From positions 1 through 24,162 of the forward strand of contig JBHIBM010000001.1 in assembly GCA_046759085.1 (NCBI GenBank): a DNA stretch of 24,162 nt, in the 5' to 3' direction. The translations under genes were made by a program, and so were the position numbers. Shown here piece after piece: positions 1-9,414 of this stretch. Position 1 is the stretch's first letter, and each line of letters begins with the position of its first letter. The stretch is from Candidatus Zixiibacteriota bacterium (GTDB taxonomy: Bacteria > Zixibacteria > MSB-5A5 > DG-27). The notes beneath the pieces are model-generated. The model was not told the DNA's origin. It worked only from the letters and a program-made list of their open reading frames with translations, and did not search any database.

Positions 1-30
1 CTCTGGGGAAAGATTGTGCTTTTGAAATAA
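1..30 (+). CDS. 3' end of an upstream gene (partial), probably a T9SS/FlgD-type CTD protein
   Basis: Frame 1 reads ctc tgg gga aag att gtg ctt ttg aaa taa = LWGKIVLLK*, resembling the CTD endings KMVLLK*/RMVLLK* elsewhere in the window. The stop abuts the AGGAG RBS (31-35) of the next gene. Only 9 codons are visible. Confidence 0.5.
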   Translation, partial: LWGKIVLLK

Positions 31-40
31 AGGAGAGAAG

Positions 41-1066
41 ATGAATAGAGTTTTCATATACCCGCTGCTTATCCTCACCTTCTTCGCAGGTGCGACCTGC
101 CTCGCCGACAGCGAAGATGGTGGATATGCGGGAGTATTCACGACTATGGGGATTGGAGCCCGTCCGATCGGTCTAGGCGGGGCCTTCACCGGGCTGTGCG
201 ACGATGTCAACGCCGGCTACTGGAACCCGGCGGGGATTTCCAGGATAGGAGAGTTCACGATCGGGGGAATGTATCGCCGGCTGGACTTGGACAGAAGGTA
301 CAATTTCTTCAACCTGGCAACACCCATCATGGGCGATGCCAGTCTGGGGCTGTCGTGGATCAACGCTGGAGTGAGCGACGTCCAGGGGCGGGATTCTGAT
401 GGACTCCCCACCGAGGAAATCAAGAACCGCAAGAATGCCATATTCTTATCCTTTGCTCGCCGCCTGGTTCAAAAAGAGCCGCTGGAGATGCTCTCTCTGG
501 GCGTGAACGTGAAGTATATTCAGGAAGATTTGGCCAACCTCAACGCTTACGGGGTGGGCTTCGATTTGGGAGTTTTCCTGCAGATGACTGAGGAGTATGC
601 GGTCGGTTTGGCAGTGCAGAACATCGGCAGTCGCTACAACTGGGACAGCGGGAGCTACTACGCACTGTACGGGTCCCAGGGTAGTACCTATAAGGAGACC
701 TTCCCGGTCAACTTCCGTTTCGGGGCCTCCGGCTTGCTTCTCGATAAACATCTGGTGCTGGCCTCCGATATCGAGAAAAGCAACAAGCAGGAGGCCAGAG
801 TCCACTTCGGAGGTGAGTATTGGCTCTTCAGGGAAGTGTTGAAGGAGGTAGAATCTGAAGAGGGATCGGACGAAGCGACTGTGAGACTCCTGGTTGAGGA
901 CAGGTGGGTCGGCATTCGAGCCGGCTACGACGATGGTCGTCTCACCTTCGGTGGCTCTTTGTGGCAAGAGGTCAAGTGGTTCGACCTGGGAATCGGGTAT
1001 GCTTTCGTCACCGCGAAGGTGAACGAGGATCCCGAACATGTCATATCGATAGAGCTACAGTTTTGA
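41..1066 (+). CDS. PorV/PorQ-like (UPF0164, FadL-superfamily) outer-membrane beta-barrel, paralogue 1
   Basis: Signal peptide; family motif GARPIGLGGAFTG..DD..A.YWNPAG; alternating beta-strands; C-terminal Phe (ISIELQF); AGGAG RBS at 31-35. Confidence 0.85.
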   Translation: MNRVFIYPLLILTFFAGATCLADSEDGGYAGVFTTMGIGARPIGLGGAFTGLCDDVNAGYWNPAGISRIGEFTIGGMYRRLDLDRRYNFFNLATPIMGDASLGLSWINAGVSDVQGRDSDGLPTEEIKNRKNAIFLSFARRLVQKEPLEMLSLGVNVKYIQEDLANLNAYGVGFDLGVFLQMTEEYAVGLAVQNIGSRYNWDSGSYYALYGSQGSTYKETFPVNFRFGASGLLLDKHLVLASDIEKSNKQEARVHFGGEYWLFREVLKEVESEEGSDEATVRLLVEDRWVGIRAGYDDGRLTFGGSLWQEVKWFDLGIGYAFVTAKVNEDPEHVISIELQF

Positions 1067-1084
1067 GCGATTGGGACTTGAATT

Positions 1085-2035
1085 GTGAGCATGAAGAATA
1101 ATCTCAAGCTGGCCTTTATATCTCTTTTTATCTTCGGACTGGCGACTTCCGCGGTTGCGGACATCCACGACCGGGCCGGCACCTCCGGTCTGCTCTTTCT
1201 GAGATATGGAGTGGGAGCAAGGGCTTTGGGGATGGGAGAGGCCTTCACCGCTGTCTCCGATGATGCCTCCGCCCTCTACTGGAATCCCGCCGGTCTTGGT
1301 TTCTCCGATGGTGTCCACCTTCTTCTGATGCACAACGAATTCATACAGGACATACGCCAGGAATATCTTGGGGGGTCTTTTCCTCTGGGTAGGCAGCGTT
1401 TCGGTCTCTCGATTAACATCGCCACGGTGGCAGACATTGAGAGGCGCGAGACCGCCGGTCCACCGTTGGGCACCTTCGACGCTCATGACTTCGCTATTTC
1501 GCTCACCTGGGGAATGAGGGCCACAAAGAACTTATCTCTTGGTCTTTCCGGAAAAATCATATACGAGAAGATTGACGTGGAAGACTTGACAGCCTACGCT
1601 GCCGACTTAGGAATCTTATATCATCTGCCAATGGATTTGAGGGTGGGTGCAGTGGTTCAGAACCTCGGGGGAAAGGCTAAATTCATCGTAGAGGAGTTCA
1701 ATCTCCCCTTACAGTATAAGCTGGGTTTCGCATACCGTCCCGAAGAGGAGATTCTATCCGGCAAAGTTATCCTGGCAGTCGATGTGGCCAAACCCAATGA
1801 TGGGGATGTCAAGTTTCACGCCGGATTAGAATACGGTTATGCCGACATGATCTTCCCGCGCTTGGGTTACATGTCTGGTTACAGCGATAAGGATATAACT
1901 TTCGGTCTGGGGATGAAGTTCAAGAGGGCGAGCTTCCAGCTACCCTTTGATTTCTTGAGAATCGATTATGCTTACATTCCCTTCGGCTCTGACTTGGGCA
2001 AGTCTCACCGTTTTTCATTGTCAGCGCATTTTTAA
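1085..2035 (+). CDS. PorV/PorQ-like (UPF0164) outer-membrane beta-barrel, paralogue 2
   Basis: GVGARALGMGEAFTAVSDDASALYWNPAGL motif; typical ending IDYAYIPFG.DLG.SHRFSLSAHF. Start is GTG 1085 or ATG 1091; 18 bp after paralogue 1. Confidence 0.88.
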   Translation: MSMKNNLKLAFISLFIFGLATSAVADIHDRAGTSGLLFLRYGVGARALGMGEAFTAVSDDASALYWNPAGLGFSDGVHLLLMHNEFIQDIRQEYLGGSFPLGRQRFGLSINIATVADIERRETAGPPLGTFDAHDFAISLTWGMRATKNLSLGLSGKIIYEKIDVEDLTAYAADLGILYHLPMDLRVGAVVQNLGGKAKFIVEEFNLPLQYKLGFAYRPEEEILSGKVILAVDVAKPNDGDVKFHAGLEYGYADMIFPRLGYMSGYSDKDITFGLGMKFKRASFQLPFDFLRIDYAYIPFGSDLGKSHRFSLSAHF

Positions 2036-2070
2036 CTGTCTTCAATCAGTCTCGGAGTTCATCCGTCCTT

Positions 2071-4017
2071 TTATTTCACCAGCATCATCTTCCTTGCCTG
2101 GGTAAAATCTCCAGCGGTCAGCTTATAAATGTAGATGCTGGAGGAAACCTTTGAAGCATCCCAGATGAACGACCGGTATCCAGCCTTCTGTTCTCCCTCC
2201 GCCAGGGTTGCCACTTTTCGACCGAGGAGGTCATAAACCTCCAAACGAACGTAGCAGTCCACCGGGAGCTGGTATTGGATCACGGTTGAGAGGTTGAAAG
2301 GATTGGGATAGTTTCCCTGCAGGGCAAAAGCCTTGGGCAGAGAGCTCAATTTCTCAGGAGAAGCAAACCTTTCGCCAATCACCTCCAGATACCACTCGTG
2401 GCTGGTCAAAGATCTGCCATCGGAGACATTGACCTGGACGGTGTCGTAGCCCACATGTTGGGGTTCTGCAACGAAAAGGAGACTGTCCCCCTGTGCGACC
2501 TGCTGCCCGTTCAGAAGCCACCAGGTGAAGGTAGAGTCACCATCGTAGTCAAGAGATTCAATCCAGAAGAGGAGGGAATCGCCAACATACAAGGTCGTTT
2601 CTGCACAGGTGGGGAAATAGCTGAGGATGTGTGGTGGTTCGTTCTCCAGTATAGAGTTGTCACGCCAAAAGCGGGTGTCCCAGTTCTCAGGTGGAGCAAC
2701 GCGGGGTCGTTGTGGAGTCCCGTCAAAGTAGTTGAAGGTGGCGGTCAAGGTGTCGCGACAGTCAAAACAGCCGAGCTCATCGCCACTAAGGCTAGCAGAA
2801 TTCCCGTAAATGTCGTTGCCACCACCAGGTTCCCCACCGATGACAATCTCGCCAGCCCAACGACCGTTGACGCAAACCCCACCCCCATAACCGATAACGT
2901 GGTTGCCGGTAATTATGTTCTTTTGCAGGTTGCCTTCCGCATAGAAGTCAAAAAACATTCCGCCGCCCCCGGACTCGTAAGCATCAGAGATTGTCCTGTT
3001 CTGCTCGATCCTGTTTCGCCTGATAATCACATTCGCGGCAGAATACCCAGCAAATATCCCGCCACCGCGGGAGATTGCCAGCTCGCTTGAAGCAGCCGAC
3101 AGGCGATTGTGGGAGATCAGATTACCTCTGATTTTCACAGCCTCACTCCCTCCAACGTACACTCCCCCTCCGTAACTGAAAGCAGCTACTCCGCCCACGG
3201 TGTTGCTGATATCCACCTCATTTCCGGTGATAGTGTTGCCGAGCAGAGTAATGTTATATGAATCACGTACCGAAATCCCGCCACCTTTGCCGGTAGCGTC
3301 AGCTTCGCCGTGATACGTCAGTTCGTTCTGACCAATAACATTTCCATTAATCGTTATGCCTCTGCTGCTCAGAATCGAGATGCCGCCACCTACGAGTTCC
3401 TTAGAATATGGCGGCCCTATAGCTTTCCCTGAGTTCATGGTAATAGTGTTCCCAGTGATAAGAATCTGCTTTCCGTGCTGGATTACAAGTCCTCCGCCGG
3501 TGTTGGAAGCTATCGCGTTCTCCAAAATCTTGAAGCGTTTGTTGCCTCTTATCTTCAAACCACGACCCCGGTTGTGGTGAACTCTGTTGTTGTAGATGCA
3601 GAAATCTGAGCATCGCTTCAGAAAGATGCCAATCACTCCCTCTGTGATTTCGAGATTCTCGATCCAGAATGCGGTCTCCTCGAGGACTCCGATCACCGGC
3701 AGAGTATCGCTGTTTGCCTCCAGGACCACACCGGTATCGACCCCGATCAGAGCGGTGTAACTGCGGACCATCACCGGGAAGGTTTCACCTGCCCCCGGAT
3801 TGTAAACTCCGGGAAAGATCAAAACGCTGTCCGGGTCTGAAGGGTCATTCCCCACCTGCTGGGTGGCGTAGGAGACGTTTCTCCAGGCAGTTTCAGGGGT
3901 TCTGCCGTTGTTATTGTTGTTTCCCTCGGGAGAGACGTAGTAGAGGCTCGAATACGACGGCAGGTAGACCACGATAATAAGAAGAATTGAGACTGATAAG
4001 AGTTTTGAGAACTGCAT
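2071..4017 (-). CDS. Secreted right-handed parallel beta-helix protein (DUF1565-like N-terminus, Ig-like domain, T9SS-type CTD), paralogue A
   Basis: AAGGAGG RBS supports ATG 4017 rather than 4035; signal peptide; YYVSPEGNNNNNG..P..AW motif; GGGI..N repeats; CTD LQGNYPNPFN...KMMLVK*. Confidence 0.85.
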   Translation of the reverse strand: MQFSKLLSVSILLIIVVYLPSYSSLYYVSPEGNNNNNGRTPETAWRNVSYATQQVGNDPSDPDSVLIFPGVYNPGAGETFPVMVRSYTALIGVDTGVVLEANSDTLPVIGVLEETAFWIENLEITEGVIGIFLKRCSDFCIYNNRVHHNRGRGLKIRGNKRFKILENAIASNTGGGLVIQHGKQILITGNTITMNSGKAIGPPYSKELVGGGISILSSRGITINGNVIGQNELTYHGEADATGKGGGISVRDSYNITLLGNTITGNEVDISNTVGGVAAFSYGGGVYVGGSEAVKIRGNLISHNRLSAASSELAISRGGGIFAGYSAANVIIRRNRIEQNRTISDAYESGGGGMFFDFYAEGNLQKNIITGNHVIGYGGGVCVNGRWAGEIVIGGEPGGGNDIYGNSASLSGDELGCFDCRDTLTATFNYFDGTPQRPRVAPPENWDTRFWRDNSILENEPPHILSYFPTCAETTLYVGDSLLFWIESLDYDGDSTFTWWLLNGQQVAQGDSLLFVAEPQHVGYDTVQVNVSDGRSLTSHEWYLEVIGERFASPEKLSSLPKAFALQGNYPNPFNLSTVIQYQLPVDCYVRLEVYDLLGRKVATLAEGEQKAGYRSFIWDASKVSSSIYIYKLTAGDFTQARKMMLVK

Positions 4018-4127
4018 AATTACAACCTCCTTCAAGTTCTATATCAGACGCACGGTATCCAACAGCTAATGATTCCTCGCTCCCCACATTACAATTGCGT
4101 CAAAAGTTAGCTCAAAGAAGTGAAAAT

Positions 4128-4156
4128 AATATATGTTTACGAAACAGCGATGTTTA
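4128..4156 (-). promoter_or_regulatory. Putative sigma70-type promoter for paralogue A
   Basis: Minus strand TAAACA (4156-4151), 17-nt spacer, TATATT (4133-4128), in an AT-rich intergenic region. Confidence 0.35.
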
Positions 4157-4192
4157 GCTGTCTAACGAAAATGTGGAAAGATACCTTTCGAC

Positions 4193-5755
4193 CTATTTCA
4201 TCAGAGCCACTCCCCGGGTTTTCGAGATTTTACCGTCTACATTTAATTTAATAAAATAAAGTCCGGAAGTCAAGTCACCTGCGTTCCAGTTGATTCTCTT
4301 GAGTCCCGCAGATTGCTCACAGTCAAGCAGGGTTTCCACCCTCTGTCCCGTGAGATTGAAGACCCCAAGGTTCACGTGTCCGAACCGGGGAAGGACATAT
4401 TCAATTGTTGTCTGGCTGTTGAAAGGATTAGGATAATTCTGATGTAGCACCAATTGCGTCGGCAACGGTGTCGTCTCGGCCTCCGCTACCCCGGTCACAT
4501 AGAAGTCGGAGACTTTTAACGTCGGATCTCCGATCAAGGTCATTCCGTAAAACCAGGGACGACTCTCCTCCATATTTCTGACCGCCCAGTATTCAAAAGC
4601 CTCTCCGTACGTCATCCCCCAGCCCAAGGGCACATAGAAATCCAGAAAATTCAGCATCGAGCCGGTCTTGGTGCTACCGACGGAGAGAAGACCGTAGTCG
4701 GTCTGGAAGACATACCACCCACCCATGTAGTTGTTCTCAGAATAGCGGGAGTTGGAACAGGCGAAGAGGTTGTAAAAGTGAGCCTGGACCACGGTGGTGT
4801 CGATCTGATGGGCGTAGAAATAGGAATAGATATGCCCGCGCTGGAACTGATGTAATAGTGGGGAAGAGTGAGCACAAACTAAGATGTGTTCGTAGCGTTT
4901 GTCGGTCGATTCCCGGATGCGATAGCGATAGTTCGGCGCCGTGGTGGAATCAGGATGAGTAACGTCATCACAATCGGGATAGGCGGCGGGCACCGCTGCT
5001 TGAAAGCCGCTGGTGTGCCAGTCGTCGTCGATGAAGGCTAAGGCTTTGTAGTCCAGTCGCTCCTGCCCGGTGCGATAGAGGTGGTTCTTCTCGAAGTAGC
5101 GTTCCATCAGGCTGACCTCGTCAGCCCCGTGATAGGTCAGATTATGAGCGTGAAGCCTGCCCACCCAAATGTCGGCTTTGTAGTTGTATCCGTAATGCTC
5201 ATCGAAGAGGCCGTTGCTGTCCGAATCGACCCAATTGCCATCCAGATCCATGAAGTAAAGATCAATGGGGAACTCCTCATGTCCCCAGGGCGAGGGGTTG
5301 TCCATCTCATACCAGGCGAAGGGGAGATCGCCGATGAATATCACTCCCTCGATGGAGTTGTTTTCCCACTCCTCGACTATGATCTCTTTTAACGCCACCG
5401 GGTCGTTGTTATTCAAGACCGCGTAGACCGCAGGCTCGTATCCCTCCCTCTCCAGATCCTCCTTGAAGGCCTGAAAGGAGCTATCAATCTGCCAATAGAG
5501 CAATTGGTTGATCACGATCATCATCGGTCCCCCCTGAGTCGTTAAACCTCGATAGATCAATTCGGGATTGAGGTTTTCCGCAAAGGTGCGGCTGGAAATA
5601 TACTCCTGGTAGCTCGTGGGCTTCGTGGTGGGGTCGGCCCAGCGGGTGACAACGATGTCCCCGTAGTCGACTCCCTCCTGTGCGAAAAGAGACAGGGGAG
5701 AGAGAATAATCAAAAGAGCTACAAAGATGCAAACTTCATTTCTCAGAGGACTCAT
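4193..5755 (-). CDS. Peptidase C25 (gingipain-like) cysteine protease with T9SS-type CTD
   Basis: Signal peptide; GVIFIGDLP and DIWVGRL motifs; candidate catalytic His296 (CAHSS) and Cys333 (NLFACS); terminal LIGDP motif; CTD LHQNYPNPFN; AGGAG RBS. Confidence 0.8.
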   Translation of the reverse strand: MSPLRNEVCIFVALLIILSPLSLFAQEGVDYGDIVVTRWADPTTKPTSYQEYISSRTFAENLNPELIYRGLTTQGGPMMIVINQLLYWQIDSSFQAFKEDLEREGYEPAVYAVLNNNDPVALKEIIVEEWENNSIEGVIFIGDLPFAWYEMDNPSPWGHEEFPIDLYFMDLDGNWVDSDSNGLFDEHYGYNYKADIWVGRLHAHNLTYHGADEVSLMERYFEKNHLYRTGQERLDYKALAFIDDDWHTSGFQAAVPAAYPDCDDVTHPDSTTAPNYRYRIRESTDKRYEHILVCAHSSPLLHQFQRGHIYSYFYAHQIDTTVVQAHFYNLFACSNSRYSENNYMGGWYVFQTDYGLLSVGSTKTGSMLNFLDFYVPLGWGMTYGEAFEYWAVRNMEESRPWFYGMTLIGDPTLKVSDFYVTGVAEAETTPLPTQLVLHQNYPNPFNSQTTIEYVLPRFGHVNLGVFNLTGQRVETLLDCEQSAGLKRINWNAGDLTSGLYFIKLNVDGKISKTRGVALMK

Positions 5756-5913
5756 CGGGAACTCCTGTTATTGTCATGTTAGCCTAGGTTCGTTTCCTGA
5801 ACCTCTCAAGATTGACGCTCAGCGCTCAATCAAGGAGGTCAGAAGCTCACATTGCAATATAACGCATTCCGCGCCACTTTGCAGCAATTTTTCAGAATTT
5901 GGATGGGTTTTTT

Positions 5914-5951
5914 GGTGAGTGGTGAGTAGTGAGTAGTGAATGGTGAATAGT
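5914..5951. repeat. Tandem heptamer repeat (RGTGART)x5 plus a partial unit
   Basis: ggtgagt ggtgagt agtgagt agtgaat ggtgaat agt, read directly from the sequence. Confidence 0.9.
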
Positions 5952-6025
5952 CCGTGATCAATGGTTGAAATACTGAACAGAGTTGGCTATGTTACCGGTT
6001 GGATTTCTGCCTCTTACGAGGTCAT

Positions 6026-8272
6026 CTAGCGTAAGCCTCTTCTGGGCAACTCCTCGGCGGTGAGCGACTCCAGCATTTCGCCTATGTCAGTAGTTGGGAG
6101 CCTGCAATTGTAGTTCAGGCATACGTAAGCGGTCGCTTCACCGTCGATGCTGGTCTGGTATCTGGTGAATTCCGCAAATCGGACGATCTCAGGCAATTCC
6201 TCTTCGCTCGAACGAAGGAGCACCACCTTGTTGGGTATGAACTGTCTCCTCAGCGCCCTCAACATCGCCTTGGTGTCCTCTGCCTGAAGGTTGCCAGCGA
6301 TGACGACCTCATAAGAAGGCCCTAGCCCGAAATCGACTGCTGCCAAGAGTTGGGTATAGGCTGAGGGCATCTGCCTGACAGTTCCGGAAAAGGCGGTTCC
6401 AATCCGTGATGCTTTCTTCTCAAGGTCAGGACTTGCAGTTATACGCCCGAGACGAAGCAGGTTCAACATCGCCACAGAGTTGCCGGAGGGGATGGCGCCA
6501 TCGTATATCTCCTTCTGCCTGGCGAGAAGCTTCTCGCCATCGTCAGCGGTGAAGTAAAAGCCACCGCCTTCATCATCCCAGAAATGCTCCAGCAAGTCGT
6601 TGTTCAGTTCAAGCGCATTCTTGAGATAGGAGACTACGAAGGTGCTTTCGTACAGTTCAATCAATCCCCAGATGAGGAAGGCGTAATCGTCCAGGTAAGC
6701 TGATATGCCGGATTTCCCCTCCCGATAGCGATGCAGAAGCCTCCCGTCAGAGGTGCGCATATTCTTGAGCACGAAATCCGCCGCCCGCCGGGCAACCTCA
6801 GAATAGCTGGGTTCATCCAGGACCCGTGCACTTTTTGCCAGTGCTGCGATCATGAGGCCGTTCCAGTCCGCCAATACCTTGTCGTCCTTATGAGGATGAA
6901 TTCTTTTCTCGCGGGCCTCGAAGAGTTTTTCTCTGGCATTTTCGAGACGACTTCGCAGCTCTTGGTCCGACACTTTCAGCTTCGCAGCAGTCTTCGGAAG
7001 GGACTCCTTTAGGTGCAGAATGTTGGCACCGGTTCTCGATCCGCCGGCCTCCTCGGTGAAATTCCCATCCCTTTCGACATTAAACAGTTCAACAAATAGA
7101 GCGGCTTCTTCTGCTAGGGTCTGTCGGATTTCCGCCTCCGTCCACAGATAGAATTTTCCTTCTTCGCCTTCGCTGTCGGCGTCCTCGGCGGAATAAAACC
7201 CACCCTCCGGTGAGGTCATATCGCGCAAGACGTAGGCGAAAATCTCCCGCACAGTTTTTTCATACTCTTCCTTTCCGGTCGCCTGATAGGCTTCTGTATA
7301 GGCCATCGCCAGTAGCGCCTGATCGTAGAGCATTTTTTCGAAATGCGGCAGCAGCCATTTCGAGTCGGTGGAGTAACGGTGAAACCCGAAGCCGATATGA
7401 TCATATACACCACCGACTCGCATCGACTGCAGGGTTTTTTCCGTCATCTTCAACGCATTGTCATCGCCAGTGCGTGACCAATAGCGAAGCAAGAAAAGAA
7501 GATTGTGGGCAGTCGGAAATTTGGGAGCACCGCTGAAACCGCCATAGTCCTCATCGAAGCGGCTGCCCAGCTCCTGGTAGGCGCTCTTCAAGGTCGATCT
7601 CTCCAGCTCGCCGGCGGAGGAGTCAACTGAAGTCTGTTGCAGCGCGGCGGCGATTTGATCGGCAGAGTTCAGGAGCTTGTCGCGATCTGTGGTCCAGAGT
7701 TCCTTGATTCGGGGTATGAGAGCCAAAATCCCCATGCGCCCGAGCCTGTTTTCCCTGGGAATGTAAGTTGCGGCGAAGAACGGCTTCTTATCGGGGGTCA
7801 TGATGATGGTGAGCGGCCAGCCTCCGCTGCCGGTCATCATCTGGCAGACTCTCATGTAGATATTGTCCAGGTCCGGCCGCTCTTCCCGATCCACTTTTAT
7901 CGAGACGAACACCTCGTTCATCAAGTTGGCCACCTGGGGGCCTTCAAAGGACTCGTGTTCCATTACGTGACACCAGTGACAGGTCGAATATCCGATGGAG
8001 AGGAAGATCGGTCTATCTTCCTTTCGAGCCTTCTTGAAGGCCTCCGCTCCCCAGGGGTACCAATCTACGGGGTTGTCGGCGTGCTGAAGGAGATAGGGGC
8101 TCTTTTCGTTTACCAGGCGATTATGTCGCTCTGCTCTCATCTCGTCCACAGAGTTTCTACCCTCCGGAGCCTCCTTAGTCTTGCACTGGCTTGTCAGAAG
8201 AGCCGCCAATGTGACAGCTGTGATTGCACCAGCTAGAAGTGGTCCGGGTGAATTTGTTCTCATCAGTCTCAT
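6026..8272 (-). CDS. yyaL: Thioredoxin-domain protein of the YyaL/SSP411 (DUF255) family with an (alpha/alpha)6-barrel domain
   Basis: [56 protein letters not shown] and [11 protein letters not shown] motifs. Start uncertain (8302, 8272 or 8263). Confidence 0.93.
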   Translation of the reverse strand: MRLMRTNSPGPLLAGAITAVTLAALLTSQCKTKEAPEGRNSVDEMRAERHNRLVNEKSPYLLQHADNPVDWYPWGAEAFKKARKEDRPIFLSIGYSTCHWCHVMEHESFEGPQVANLMNEVFVSIKVDREERPDLDNIYMRVCQMMTGSGGWPLTIIMTPDKKPFFAATYIPRENRLGRMGILALIPRIKELWTTDRDKLLNSADQIAAALQQTSVDSSAGELERSTLKSAYQELGSRFDEDYGGFSGAPKFPTAHNLLFLLRYWSRTGDDNALKMTEKTLQSMRVGGVYDHIGFGFHRYSTDSKWLLPHFEKMLYDQALLAMAYTEAYQATGKEEYEKTVREIFAYVLRDMTSPEGGFYSAEDADSEGEEGKFYLWTEAEIRQTLAEEAALFVELFNVERDGNFTEEAGGSRTGANILHLKESLPKTAAKLKVSDQELRSRLENAREKLFEAREKRIHPHKDDKVLADWNGLMIAALAKSARVLDEPSYSEVARRAADFVLKNMRTSDGRLLHRYREGKSGISAYLDDYAFLIWGLIELYESTFVVSYLKNALELNNDLLEHFWDDEGGGFYFTADDGEKLLARQKEIYDGAIPSGNSVAMLNLLRLGRITASPDLEKKASRIGTAFSGTVRQMPSAYTQLLAAVDFGLGPSYEVVIAGNLQAEDTKAMLRALRRQFIPNKVVLLRSSEEELPEIVRFAEFTRYQTSIDGEATAYVCLNYNCRLPTTDIGEMLESLTAEELPRRGLR

Positions 8273-8385
8273 GGTTCCAGTCCTGCTCAGGAAGATTGGC
8301 ATTCATCGTGTAGAATAACCTCCCACGGAGACAGTAGTTCCCGGATGAGCCCCGGAGGAGTGTTCAATGATGAATCTTACGATGC

Positions 8386-8757
8386 TTAGAAGCCGTATCT
8401 GACCCCTATCTGGTTGAACGGTTTCTCCAAGAAGGTTCCATCGACTCTCTGGTAGTTGAGCGAGATTTTCCTCCACACTGGTTTTACCACGCCCAGCTCA
8501 TAGTAATAATCGTCCTTTCCCTTCCAGGCCAAATCGCGGTTGAAATCGTAGGTGAACTCGATGTTGAACCAGGTGAGAATCTTTACAGAGTTGATGGAGA
8601 CAATCTGGAGGGTCTGTCCGGCATCTTCTCCATCGTCAAAGAGGTTCTGGTAAACCGAGATCTCATTGGCAATCTGTTGAAAACCCAGCTCTCCGGCCTG
8701 AAGGCTTAAAGCCCAGAGGAGCAAGAGAGTCAGCGATATCGCCTGCAATTTGCTCAT
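8386..8757 (-). CDS. Small secreted hypothetical protein, probably outer-membrane beta-stranded
   Basis: GAGGG RBS before ATG 8757; signal peptide ending LQA; amphipathic strands; ends QIGVRYGF. Confidence 0.65.
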   Translation of the reverse strand: MSKLQAISLTLLLLWALSLQAGELGFQQIANEISVYQNLFDDGEDAGQTLQIVSINSVKILTWFNIEFTYDFNRDLAWKGKDDYYYELGVVKPVWRKISLNYQRVDGTFLEKPFNQIGVRYGF

Positions 8758-8965
8758 TTTTTCCCTCATTAGAGAAATGTCCGGTGAATGTGTTAAGATG
8801 CCTTTCTATTTTCAACGCCCGGAACTCCAATCCATAGATAATACTTCTAGCACTAACGACTCACCACTACGTCCTTGCTGTTTTTCCCGTGAACAGCCAA
8901 TTCAGTGCAAGAACCTCTTGCCGATAAAGATAGCGTTTGCACTCCAAATTGAAGGGGGAACCAAA

Positions 8966-9397
8966 ATGTTGAAATCGAAAGCCGCAATCATCGTCTTCAT
9001 CTCCCTTTTTTTTACCCTCCCGGTTCTGGGAGGAGTCGACTCCGAGGAAGAAGCTATTCCAGAGCGGTTCCGGTTTAAAGTCCAGGTGGAGGAGGTCTCC
9101 ACCCACCTGTCCAAGACTATTGTTTTTTGCACCCACATGCCGAAGAAGATAGAGCCGGAAAGCTGGGCATTCTACATTTTCGATTCTCCACCGCATCCTG
9201 AGAACTTCCGACACTTCACCGGTAAAGCCCTTCGCATTTTGCTGGGCCTGGGACGGGTCCCTCGCCTGATGAGCTGGGACTGCAAGACAAAGAGGGGGGT
9301 GCTGGTCCCGAGGGGCAAATACTACCTTTTGCTCTGGATAAAAGATAAAGAGGGGAAAAGGTGGATCTCATACTGGCAATCTTTCAAGGTAAGCTAA
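8966..9397 (+). CDS. Secreted hypothetical protein with a FlgD-Ig-like domain
   Basis: GAAGGGGG RBS (8951-8958) before ATG 8966; signal peptide MLKSKAAIIVFISLFFTLPVLG; WDCKTKRGVLVPRGKYYLLL resembles the FlgD-Ig consensus WDG.d..G..v..G.Y. The track's start at 8750 is likely over-extended. Confidence 0.65.
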   Translation: MLKSKAAIIVFISLFFTLPVLGGVDSEEEAIPERFRFKVQVEEVSTHLSKTIVFCTHMPKKIEPESWAFYIFDSPPHPENFRHFTGKALRILLGLGRVPRLMSWDCKTKRGVLVPRGKYYLLLWIKDKEGKRWISYWQSFKVS

Positions 9398-9414
9398 GCC
9401 CGATTTCTCCGCCC

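Noticed and set aside
5914-5951. Heptamer array considered as a CRISPR or IS end
   Set aside because: The units are 7 bp with no spacers, and no cas or transposase gene is present in the window.
8177-8306. 43-codon out-of-frame ORF starting ATG 8306 near a GGAGG
   Set aside because: SD spacing is long (~12 nt), the product is featureless and it overlaps the yyaL start; there is no support without Ribo-seq.
8750-8965. 72-aa N-terminal extension of the 8750-9397 ORF
   Set aside because: It overlaps the divergent gene start; the RBS and signal peptide lie at 8966.
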